Assembly (NCBI GenBank): GCA_965287045.1
Contig: OZ336872.1
Coordinates: 83,824,001 to 83,888,000, forward strand
Length of the DNA stretch: 64,000 bases
From: Carcharhinus amblyrhynchos
Taxonomy: Eukaryota
Direction of reading: 5' to 3'
Under the pieces are notes generated by a model. It worked only from the letters and a program-made list of their open reading frames with translations, ran no database searches and was not told the DNA's origin. A program made the translations under genes and the position numbers. Positions 53,349 to 64,000 of this stretch are shown here, one piece after another (position 1 is the first letter of the stretch; the number at the start of each line of letters is the position of its first letter).

Positions 53349-54461
53349 TAAAAAGTCTCACAACACCAGGTTAGAGTCCAACAGGTTTATTTGGTAGCAA
53401 AAGCCATTAGCTTTTGGAGCGCTGCTTCTTTGTCAGATAAGTAGCAGTTCTGTTCACAAACAGGGCACATAAAGACACAAACTCAATTTACAAAATAATG
53501 GTTGGAATATGAGTCTTTACAGTAATCAAGTTTTAAAGGTACAGACAATGTGAGTGCAGAGAGCATTAAGCACAGGTTAAAGGGATGTGTATTGTCTCTA
53601 GACAGGACAGTTAGTGAGATTTTGCAAGCCCAGGCAAGTCATGGAGGTTACAGATAGTGTGACATGAACCCAAGATCCCAGTTGAGGCCGTCCTCATGTG
53701 TGCGGAACTTGGCTATCAGTCCCTGCTCAGCGACTCTGCGCTGTCGTGTGTCATGAAGGCCACTTGGGAGAAAGCTTACCCGAAGATCAGAGGCCGAATG
53801 CCCGAGACCGCTGAAGTGTTCCCCAACAGGAAGAGAACACTCTTGCCTGGTGACTGTCGAGCAGTGTTCATTCATCTGTTGTCGTAGCGTCTGCATGGTC
53901 TCCCCAGTGTACCATGCCTCAGGACATCCTTTCCTGCAGAGTATCAGGTAGACAACGTTGGCCAAGTTGCAAGTGTAACGTTGGCCGATTTGCAAGAGCT
54001 ACTGTGTACCTGGTGGATGGTGTTCTCACCATCACAGCGCAGAGTCGCTGAATAGAGACTGATAGCCAAGTTCCGCACACGAGGACAGCATCAACTAGGA
54101 TTTTGGGTTCATGTCATACTAACCCCCACGACTGGCCTGGGCTTGCAAAATCTCACTAACTGTCCTGTCTGGAGACAATACACATCTCTTCAACTGTGCT
54201 TAATGCTCTCTCTCCACTCACATTGTCTGTACCTTTAAAACTTGATTACCTGTAAAGACTTGCATTCCAACCATTATTTTGTAAATTGAGTTTGTGGTTT
54301 TATATGCCCTGCTTGTGAACGGAACTCCCACTTACTTGATGAAAAAGCAGTGCTCTGAAAGCTAGTGGTTTTTGCTACCAAATAAACCTGTTTTTCTTTA
54401 ACCTGGTGTTGTGAGACTTCTTACTATGTTTACCCCCAGTCCAACGGCAGCATCTCCACAT
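53349..54461 (-). mobile_element. Penelope-like element: GIY-YIG endonuclease C-terminus with an inverted pseudo-LTR and about 15-bp TSD
   Basis: ORF 53648-53995 (YTCNLANVVYLILC...WYTGET...VGEHFS...AEQGLIAKFRTHEDGLN); about 53349-53745 is inverted at about 54035-54425; TSD TTTGAATA(T)TACCAG. Confidence 0.93.
54328..54368 (+). ncRNA. Minimal type I hammerhead ribozyme motif (degenerate)
   Basis: CCAC-TTAC-TTGATGA-[helix II]-GAAA-GCTA-GTGG; sister copies at 53404-53444(-) and 49197-49235(-). Confidence 0.7.
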
Positions 54462-54819
54462 TTTGAATATTACCAGCTAGGGGTCAGTAAAGCCCATCCC
54501 TACATCATGCCATTCCAAGACCCTTAGAACCTACAGCTTTACTGTCCAACTGCTGCCATTTTATTCAGCTGCTTTCAATTTATTAATCTGTTTCCTTGCT
54601 GTGAAGTACTAAGCCAGGGAGCAGAACAGGAAGGAATTATTAAAATGTTATAAAATAATATATCAACATTAACAACTAGTTGATATGAACATTTTTATAA
54701 CCCTGTGATATTTCTACACACTAGCAGGTATAGATAATGGATAGATATATATTCATGGAAAATGAAAGTACAGTGAAGAATCAAAGCATCTGATAATAGC
54801 TCTGCAATTATACCAAATC

Positions 54820-56050
54820 CAGTCATGAATGACCAATTAAACTAACTGTAGGGAGAGGACGCTCAAAAACCTTTGCATCCTCAATGACGGGGAACCCAGC
54901 ATGCCAGTGCAACAAAGGCTGAAGCATTCGCAACCATCTTCAACCAGAGGTGACAAATGAATGATTCACTTTAGCTTTGTCCTGAAGCCCCCACCATCTT
55001 ATGTGCCAGTCTTAAGTAAATTTGATTCACTTCACGTGGAACCAAGAAATGGCTGAAGGCACTAGTTACAGCAAAAGTAATGAGTCCTGACAACATGCTG
55101 CTGTAGTCCTAATGACTTATGCTCCAGAACCAGTGGACCCTTGGCCAAGCTATTCCAGTACAATTGCATCATCAGTATCTAGTCCACAATGGGGAAAATT
55201 GCTCAAACATGTCCTGTCCACAAAAAAAAAGCAATTCGGCCAATTATTATGCAATCTGTCTACTCTGATTAATCAGCAAAGTGATGGAAAATGTCATCCA
55301 CAGTGCTACCCAGCAGCACTTACTCAACAATAACCAGCTCACCAATGCAGTTTGGGTTCCACCATGACCATTCTGCCCCATACCTTTTTACAGCCTTGAT
55401 CCAAACATGGATGAAAAACTTAACTCCAGAGATGAAACTGCCCTTGACACCAAGGCAACAGTTGACTGAATGTGGCATTCAGGTTCATGCCCAAGTAAAT
55501 TTGAAGTCAATAGGAAACTCTGCACTTGTTGGAAGCCAACTATTTTAGTTCCAGTACTTCATTGCAAGAGTGTCCTGGGTATGGATGAGGGTTGCAGTAG
55601 TAGCTAAGCAGAGGCTCAGTCAAGCAATGTTAAGGGAGTGAAAGTAGGGGGTCTTGATGACAGAATGGATATATGATCAGAAACTGATGTTGGTGTCAGG
55701 TTCTGAATGGTCTGTTCAGCCTCAGGCAGTTGCCAGGATGAAGAAAAGCAGATAGCTGGAGAGTAGAATTTGTGGCGATCAGACAAAGGCTTCATATTTT
55801 CCAGTGTTTCGAGGTTGTAAATTGATGCTCATTCTGAATTGGAGGTCAAAATATGTGACAAATTAATGAGGGGTTGAGAAAAGTGGTGGTGAGGTAGAGT
55901 TGAGAGTGTCATCAAAGTAGATGTGGAACCTAACATTGTAATTATGGTTGAAGTTGTTGAGGGGCAACGTGTGGTTGGGAAGTAGGAAGGGAACCACAGA
56001 CAGATCTTGGGGGCCAAAAGACACTGGAAACAGAAGGTATTGACTCACTT
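54820..56050. mobile_element. Old LINE fragments (CR1/L2-clade on +, L2-like on -)
   Basis: QFGFHHDHSAPYLFTALIQTW on +; FHIYFDDT RT motif remnant on -. Confidence 0.65.
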
Positions 56051-56092
56051 GTCCTCCTTAGATCTTGTGCAATGAAAACTATTTTAAAAGTG

Positions 56093-56220
56093 GAAGCTGT
56101 ATTGCCAATGTTCAGTCACCCATAATAAGTCATGCTAAGATTCAGATATTTTTCCGAGAAGCTGTATTGCCAATGTTCATGCACCCACATTAACAGCCAT
56201 GCTAAGACTCTGACATTTTT
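56093..56220 (+). repeat. Tandem duplication of about 62 bp
   Basis: GAAGCTGTATTGCCAATGTTCA...ATGCTAAGA...ATTTTT occurs twice. Confidence 0.85.
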
Positions 56221-56394
56221 CTGTAAAAGATCTATTTACCGTTATAAAACTGTGTAAACGACTTATACTATACTCAGAAAAGCTTCTTTTAACTCTCGAG
56301 TTAAAAATGGAGATTCAAATCATCAGTTTAAAGGCAGGAATCAATCTATATAAAGACAATACAATTTTAAAAAACACAGAGCCTCTGCAACCAA

Positions 56395-58549
56395 TTATTT
56401 TCAAACAGTTTATTAAAGGAAAGGTGAAGCATCAGCTTTAAAATGTACAAAAAGAAATTTTATACTGAAAATGTACAATTTACAGTATTACTAGTAAAAC
56501 CAATCAAGGTAACACTCAAAATATAAAACTTATTAACTTCAAACTCAATTTCAAGCCCAGCGTGGAGGTACCCAGACATGAAACCATCGTTTCACATTCT
56601 GCTACAATACTGCCAAAGAATTCAGATTTAAAAAGTTGACTGCACAGCGTAAGTTGATGCAGAGATGATTCTAACCATGCAGTACTTATCATCGCGCCAC
56701 TCAATCCACAGAACTATTTTCAGATCATTGACAATTTAGCCTGAAAACTGTACAAAACTAACCAATATCGCATATTTCACAACTGCTTAACAGCAATACC
56801 AAAAAGTCAAGACCTTTAAAATCAGATTTGTTGTTCAGCTAAGTTAGTTATTGGTAGATTAGTAAATGACTCATATGACCTTAAAATTTAAATCTAAACT
56901 TATAACTATTTTCAAAATGTGAGCAAAAGTTAAAATTTTAATGCAATATTCTTTCCATTTACTGCAGTAGCTTTCAAATATTTTCTGCAAACAATTTCAC
57001 ATAACATTTTTAATTATCTTTTGTTCTGTGAAATTGCAGGTGTCAAATTGTCAATTTCTACATTGGAAACTGTCCACTGAACAGGTGAATTAAGATGGTT
57101 AAAACGTTAAAATTGTAGTTTACAAAATTAATTTGCTTTTGACTACTTTAAAAATACGTCTAGATGGAAAAAAATGGCATTAAAAGAACATTTCAATACT
57201 GCAGGTAACTAATCAGAAGCAAGACAGATGGAACACACATCCTAGCACATTGGGTTAATCCTCCACTTAGCCAATTACTGAACTCTGTTTTGTATAAAAT
57301 TAACATTATCTGTAAAAGTACATTTAGACAATTGAGAAAGTCAAAAGTGGGCATTGCTTACTACTGTATAGAGTAAATCTGGAATTGAGGGCAACTGCAC
57401 ACCAAAATTTAACTATGAAATGTGCTCTTGACCTGGATTTTACACTTTCGGGAGTGTACAGCATTGATTTATACAACCTGGTTTTAATAAAATGTACTTT
57501 ATTGTGAAGTGTCATCTAATAATAAACACCTCTCAATCAACTGAATTTTAGGAAGCTATCCCAAGCTTCTAAATTTCAACTGTTGGGTTCTGAGCATTAA
57601 AACTAAACGCAAAATGCACAGAACTAATGATGAAAGTGTACATCTCAACTCTCTTGCCAAAGTCAAACTTAAAGCAGCTAATGAGTAGTCTTCACAGTAA
57701 ATAAGGCAGCTTTTATTATGAAAGGGAGTAGCTTGCTGTAGACATATGTATAAGACCTTAGTAATAAAAAGAAAAGAAAATCTCTGGATTATTCTGTTAC
57801 CTGTGATTTGCGGCAGCAATATTTCACATTTCTAAAAAGCCCCTGCAGAATCTACTACCCATTTATACATGTACTGTATACAAGTTTTTGCAATTGATTT
57901 CCAGTTACCCACCCCACCCCCTCAATAAAATAAATGCGTACCACAAAGAAACCAAACTCCAGTGTGAGAAAATTGCTTTGCTCCTAAACTAGTTTTTTTA
58001 GCATTGCTGCCTTCTGAAAAATTTATAAGCTTGAATTAAAAAACATAACATAAACTGCTGATCTCAAAAGTTCTTTATATTAAACTGTACAGCAGAAAAA
58101 AATTACAAAAACTCAGGGAACTCATCTGTACTTTTGGTGTCATCTGCTGTATGTGCCACCCTATCTTTTTAAATATGCCTTCATGATTTTAATACAATTT
58201 ACTCTTGGTTGATATATATATTTTTAAAAATCCTACTGTAGCACTTCGCAGTCGTGCTACAGCCCGTGCGTCAGATCAATTTTGGGGGAGGGGGTAATTC
58301 TTCCCATGAAGATGCCACGTTTTTCAGTCCATAAGAAAATCTGTCTCAGTAACAGACCATTATAGTGCTTCCTCCTTCAGGCTTCCCCATTTATCATAAT
58401 CAAATCTTCATCAAGTTTATCCTTTGATAAAAAATAAATCAGATCTTGAGTATGTAAAATTTAGTTTAAAAGTTGCTGTCACAGTATTTAGATCTTGGAT
58501 TCTCTTTAGACGATGGAGTTCTTAAAAATATAAAACTTCCAGCAGTGTC
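56395..58549 (-). other. STAG1: STAG1 3'UTR (about 2.1 kb) with AATAAA at 56409-56414 and a proximal AATAAA at 57498-57503
   Basis: AT-rich stretch after the stop codon with no recognisable repeats; minus-strand polyA hexamers. Confidence 0.6.
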
Positions 58550-58573
58550 TCAGAACATAGGCATTCCAAAGCC
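58550..58573 (-). CDS. STAG1: STAG1 last coding exon
   Basis: TTTAG|GGC TTT GGA ATG CCT ATG TTC TGA = GFGMPMF*, the SA-1 C-terminus. Confidence 0.95.
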   Translation of the reverse strand, partial: GFGMPMF

Positions 58574-59660
58574 CTAAAGGGAAGAAAAATAAAAACAATC
58601 CATCTTCAGACTGGTGGGAGGAAATAAATCTAAGCAGCACAGAGCATTTTCAAATATATTAATTCAAAACATTTGATATTCTAATCCATGTACAAGTATG
58701 CAAGTAATACAAAAACTGAATTTACAAACGGACCGGTATAAATTACAACATTTAGTACAGAACGGATGATAAACGTTCTAAGCAAGATAACTAACTGTAC
58801 TCCCAATTCTGGTTAGTGCTAATCCTGAACACATAAATTTAACAAGTTAGAATTTGAAATTCAATCCACTATCATCGCTCCACATTTAGAAATATTCACG
58901 ATGCACAACAGAGCAATACATCAAGATGTTGAAAGTTTATATAAGAAAGAAGCTCCACAGTTGAAAAAATACATTTAAGAGCGTATCGAAGATTTTGTTT
59001 TACAGAATAGACTACCAGAGGAATAAATAAGGATGGGAAATTTGAAGATTTCTACTTTTAAAAAAGCACACAGTGAACACAAAAGTAACTGTGTCAATGA
59101 TTTACATAAGTGGTATCAAAATCAACTTGGCATAGACACTTAAATAGAATATACAAAACATAATGATTTCAAGATGCTTGACTTTGGGAAGATGGAATTG
59201 TGGCACTTCCCACCCCAGGGAAGGGGAGGGGGAAAAGCTACAAAGCCCAGATTCTCAGAGCCATGTTCCCCAGGATTTTTACAACATACACTTAAATGGT
59301 GTACAGTATTAGTCAAGAAAACAGTTCATCATTTACATTAATATATTAACATTACAACAGGAAATGTTAAAAGGAAAATATTACAAAAAAGCCTTTCATT
59401 TCACTGATGCGCCTTAGACAACTGCAGCTGTAAATATTTAATTATTTGAGGATGACAGTTGCATTTCACTACCAAATTTGGAAAAAAATAAAATTTTTGG
59501 TTGAGTTGAGAAATAGTGAATAAAAAGATCCTGAGAGCTCTAACCTTTTCCAATTACATTACATATTCAGGCTTTTTGTGGCTATTATCAATATTTTGAC
59601 AGCTACATGGGTATGAGTACTTATAAACTTAATTTATCATAATTAATAGAGGATGTATCA

Positions 59661-59771
<111 letters not shown>

Positions 59772-60834
59772 TTAGAAACAATCACAATTATTGTAAACAC
59801 GCTATTTGCAAAATCTATGAGCACAGACAAGAAGCTGCTTACAAATCAAGATGTAAACACAAGTGAAAGCAAATCATTTCAATTGTGACGGGAGAACATA
59901 AACTGAGTACATTCGGGGAAGTGTAATGGCAAACTTTGATCCCGAGGTTGACAGGCATTTATTGACCATGAGGGACAATCATCAAAATTTGGTTTACTAA
60001 ATTTGAATATTAAATTCTGCTAAGCATAGGATTCACTCTTTGGTTCGGCAACAAACTTATTTTTACTCATAAATTCATCCACATAAATTAGTAAAAAGCA
60101 ACAGAAAAAATATTCTTAAATGACAGCTGTTCTTCTAACTTTATTTTGCTATTTAGTCAAATAATACTAATCGATCTTGATGCATTTAAATGGAGTAAAA
60201 TTTACTCCATTCTCAAGCATCACAGCCGTGATTAGTTATGAAACAGACAAAGTACCATCCCATTGCTTTATATGGCTTTCTTACAGCTACAGCATATTTT
60301 CATCTCCAAGTCAAACAAGCATATTAATACAACAATCTCACCTATATTCATTGAAATAGTTTTGAAATCAATCTCACCACCCCAGTGAATTACCAATTAT
60401 ATTCCCTGGTTATGATATATTTCTGTAAACTCAGTGGTAGTGCATCACTGCAATCATTAATTAAATACAAGTCTCTCAAAGTCTCTAATTCTAATGAAGC
60501 TTCAAGTTGAACTTCATGCTGGTACAAAATGAAATTCCGATATAAATTATAAAAATTAAGACACAGAAACACAATGAATAAATCAATTCTAATTTTTACA
60601 ATTTGACATTTAACTTGTATATTGGTTGCCATACTTACAAACAGTCAATATTGATGTTATAAACGAAAAGTTAGTAACAAACTAGTCAAAACAGTGATTC
60701 TATGATATGACAGTTCTTTCACTTTTATCAAAAGCAAACGATAAGACACTCCTCACAAGCTGACTTATGAGTTTCTTGAGTTCCTTAGTAAAATCTTGGA
60801 ATGGACTATTCCAATGGAATATTACCGGATATTA

Positions 60835-61056
<222 letters not shown>

Positions 61057-61170
61057 CTATTTCCTTTTAAAATTCAATGGAATTAGTGCTATATTTCTTT
61101 AAAAAAGGATTAATTTCAATAAAATCCAAATCTTATCATCCTAGTGCGCCAATGCTATCAAAGAACCTGA

Positions 61171-61200
61171 ACACACACGCACACACACACACACACACAC
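61171..61200. repeat. (CA)n microsatellite
   Basis: Direct reading. Confidence 0.95.
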
Positions 61201-61624
61201 AGGATTCTTGAGTGTTGCAACTGATCGTAAATAGGTCAACAAAGGATTTCTGTAGGGATAATTAAATATCATTCCTCGCACCTATCCTATAAATTCTTCT
61301 TTTAAAGTAACAGGTCAGCTCAGGTCTTGAACCCTTGTGACTTCTGGTAATGCATTCTTTATCTCAATATTTGCTTCAATGCATGACTGGAATTCAAATA
61401 ATACTGTTGCACGCATCTTAAAACTGTGACATAAAGGGATTATCTGATTTTACTTCAAACCAGAATTTCATTCAAATTAATCTCAACAATTTAAATGTAA
61501 CAAAAATGTATCAATGACTAATATCAGATATGACCCCAAATCACTGGTATCGTGGCATCACCTTTCGCTTCTATTTGAGTACCTTAACATGGCAACCAAA
61601 GTTTGTAATAAACTATGAACTTAC

Positions 61625-61735
61625 ACTGATTGCCTTACGCCACCTCTTGCTTTCATGTAGTTCATGGCCACTCGGTCTTTTCGGTGTGCTTCCTCCAGCT
61701 TATGTTGACCCAACCAAGGTATTTGCATTTGAGGG
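61625..61735 (-). CDS. STAG1: STAG1 exon
   Basis: 111 nt, AG/GT, phase-compatible; [36 protein letters not shown](V). Confidence 0.93.
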
Positions 61736-61971
61736 CTTCAGAAAAACAGAAAAGTGCTTCATTTAAGAAAAAAATGGATTGATATTTTGTTCTAAATTGG
61801 TACAGTTCTATACAGAAGAAAGAAACTCTTAGGCCATATAGTTGGAATAAAAAGCAGAGTTATTCAAATTATTGAAAGCATGGGCTAGATCCCGTCAGTA
61901 TTGTACTTTTCTCTTCTGTGTTCTATGCTGCTAATGAACTACCAGTTTGGCCATAAGTAAAGGTCGCTTAC

Positions 61972-62146
61972 TTCTGAACAAAATCAGATTCAGAGCCCCG
62001 TTCAGATTCCTGATCTTCCATGTTGTGTTCTGCTGGTTGTCGAGGATTTTCCCGCATGACTGTGGAAGTCAACTGTGGAGGATGCAAGACTCCTGGAGTC
62101 TGAACAGTGTCATTCCTGTTCATCCATGAGTTGTCCACATTCTCTT
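61972..62146 (-). CDS. STAG1: STAG1 (cohesin SA-1) fifth-from-last coding exon
   Basis: 175 nt, AG/GT; ENVDNSWMNRNDTVQTPGVLHPPQLTSTVMRENPRQPAEHNMEDQESERGSESDFVQ resembles the SA-1 C-terminal region. Confidence 0.92.
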
Positions 62147-62785
62147 CTATAAAATGAAGCAAAATAACATATTGCTATAAAGAAATAATGTTATAGTTCG
62201 TCTGCATTCTGTGTTTGAATGGTCCAATTCTGAATTCTGGGAGTGGAAGATCAACATGACACTGTGGAAACAAATTTATGTATGGAATGATTGAGTTTTT
62301 TTATTGAAATAGAATATTCTAAAAAGATAATTTCGAAGGACATGTATAGAGACGTTGTGTAAATTAGCATGGTTAAATTTCTCCCAAGGTTGATGGACCG
62401 TTCGATAAGTGTCCCTTAATACTTCAACCTGAGTGATGCCCACTCTTCACCTGAGCTAACAGAGTTTTAATAGAGGATATCCAACTATGGAAGAGCAGAA
62501 AGGTGGGGCAGGGCGAGAAAAATAAGACTTCAATTTGATCATGTCCTTAGAAATACAAGGATTATAAATTTGTTATGTTTTGAGATTGCCTATTTAACGT
62601 TAAAATGGAGTAGTTAAAGTGGTCAGGTAATCTGCTCCAAATCTGGGTTGACAACAAGCCTGCAGGGCTTGACTGTATAAGACAGTGAGGCCCACACTGA
62701 TATATTAGGATGATGATGAAGATGTTCACACCTGTAAACATGGCCAGAACAGCTATGTAGGGGCAGTGGAGGAGGGAGCAGGTAA

Positions 62786-63230
62786 AGGGATGGGGGGGGA
62801 GGGGGACAAAAAAGGGATGGGGGACAAAAAAGGGATGGGGGACAAAAAAGGGATGGGGGACAAAAAAGGGATGGGGGACAAAAAAGGGATGGGGGGGAAA
62901 AAAGGGATGGGGGGGAAAAAAGGGATGGGGGGGAAAAAAGGGATGGGGGGGAAAAAAGGGATGGGGGGGGAGGAAAAGGGATGGGGGGGGAGGAAAAGGG
63001 ATGGGGGGGGAGGAAAAGGGATGGGGGGGGAGGAAAAGGGATGGGGGGGGAGGAAAAGGGATGGGGGGGGAGGAAAAGGGATGGGGGGGAGGAAAAGGGA
63101 TGGGGGGGAGGAAAAGGGATGGGGGGGGAGGAAAAGGGATGGGGGGGGAGGAAAAGGGATGGGGGGGGAGGAAAAGGGATGGGGGGGGAAGGGAGGGAGG
63201 GGGGGAAGGGAGGGAGGGGGGGGAAGGGAG
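62786..63230. repeat. G-rich minisatellite with 18-20 bp units in a STAG1 intron
   Basis: GGGATGGGGGACAAAAAA, GGGATGGGGGGGAAAAAA and GGGATGGGGGGGGAGGAAAA arrays. Confidence 0.95.
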
Positions 63231-64000
63231 CGGGTAGAAGGAGGTTGGAGAGCCAGGAAGGGCAGGTTGGGATGGAGGACTGGTGAGATGGGTATGGATT
63301 GGGTGGACTGGTGGGAGTCATGGTGGACTGGCGGGAGTCATGGTGGACTGGCATCACAGAGGACAGGGGGGACAGATAGGCAGCTCAGAGAGAGAGCCTA
63401 ATTTTGGCTAGAATGAGAAAATCTCCAGGGTAAACCCCATTGTGAAAGTCCATTCAAGGATTAGTAGTTATCCAGTTGGAAAAGTGAAAAGGAAGCAAGC
63501 CATTGGGAACTGGGAATTGTTTTGGAGAATGAAATCTCCATTGTAGGGACAGAATAATGTATAACCAAGGATAGCGGGTTATGGTTGGTTAAAAGTTAAA
63601 TGGCAGATCTTTTCACTACTTTATTTGCCTACAAAAATATTGGTTAGTCATTAAGTAAAAACAAAAAAAAAATTGGATGAACACTTGAAATATCATAACA
63701 TTCAAGCATATAGGACAAGTGCAAGAAAATGGGATTACGCAACACCTTATTTAGCACCTCTGAAACCTCAGATTAAGCAGCATTCATAGGTAGGTTTCTT
63801 TTGTCAATGTGCTGACAACCCCTCAAAATAGTATTAAATTTGTTAGACATAACTGCAATCCACATTTCTTGGTTTAAAAATACTGCTTGAAATAACTTTT
63901 AAAAAATATGATTCATAACAATGTCACACTACAGTTCAGAAGTGCAAATACAAAGCCAAAAATCAGAAAATTTGTTTACAAAATATACACAAATAGCATT

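Larger units (their letters stand above)
52690..54500. mobile_element. MITE (Harbinger-type TIRs) split by the Penelope insertion
   Basis: GGGATGGATTTTA ... TAAAGCCCATCCC. Confidence 0.55.

Noticed and set aside
62786-63190. CRISPR-like array
   Set aside because: The units are contiguous with no unique spacers, there are no cas genes, and the context is eukaryotic
62623-63401. Long Pro-rich and Gly/Lys-rich ORFs
   Set aside because: They are translations of the G-rich minisatellite, which has few stop codons in several frames, and they lie inside a STAG1 intron

Overview
Vertebrate nuclear DNA, most likely a shark or other elasmobranch (inferred from HE1/V-SINE-type SINEs and the CR1, Penelope and Harbinger repeat content). 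The + strand carries coding exons 2-15 of PCCB (propionyl-CoA carboxylase beta; 725-42827; exon 1 lies upstream of the window). The - strand carries the last five coding exons and the 3'UTR of cohesin subunit STAG1 (62146 down to about 56400). The two genes are tail-to-tail, as in mammals. Introns and the intergenic space hold CR1/L2-clade LINEs, tRNA-derived SINEs, a decayed two-gene PIF/Harbinger transposon with related MITEs, Penelope-like elements and a G-rich minisatellite. The most notable observations are: minimal hammerhead-ribozyme motifs in the Penelope termini; two consecutive GC-AG introns in PCCB, with a partial duplicate of exon 14 that has a GT donor; four in-frame tandem splice acceptors in STAG1; and a recurring set of locally templated direct and inverted duplications. 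I found no novel protein-coding system. All coordinates were counted by hand, and repeat boundaries are approximate.
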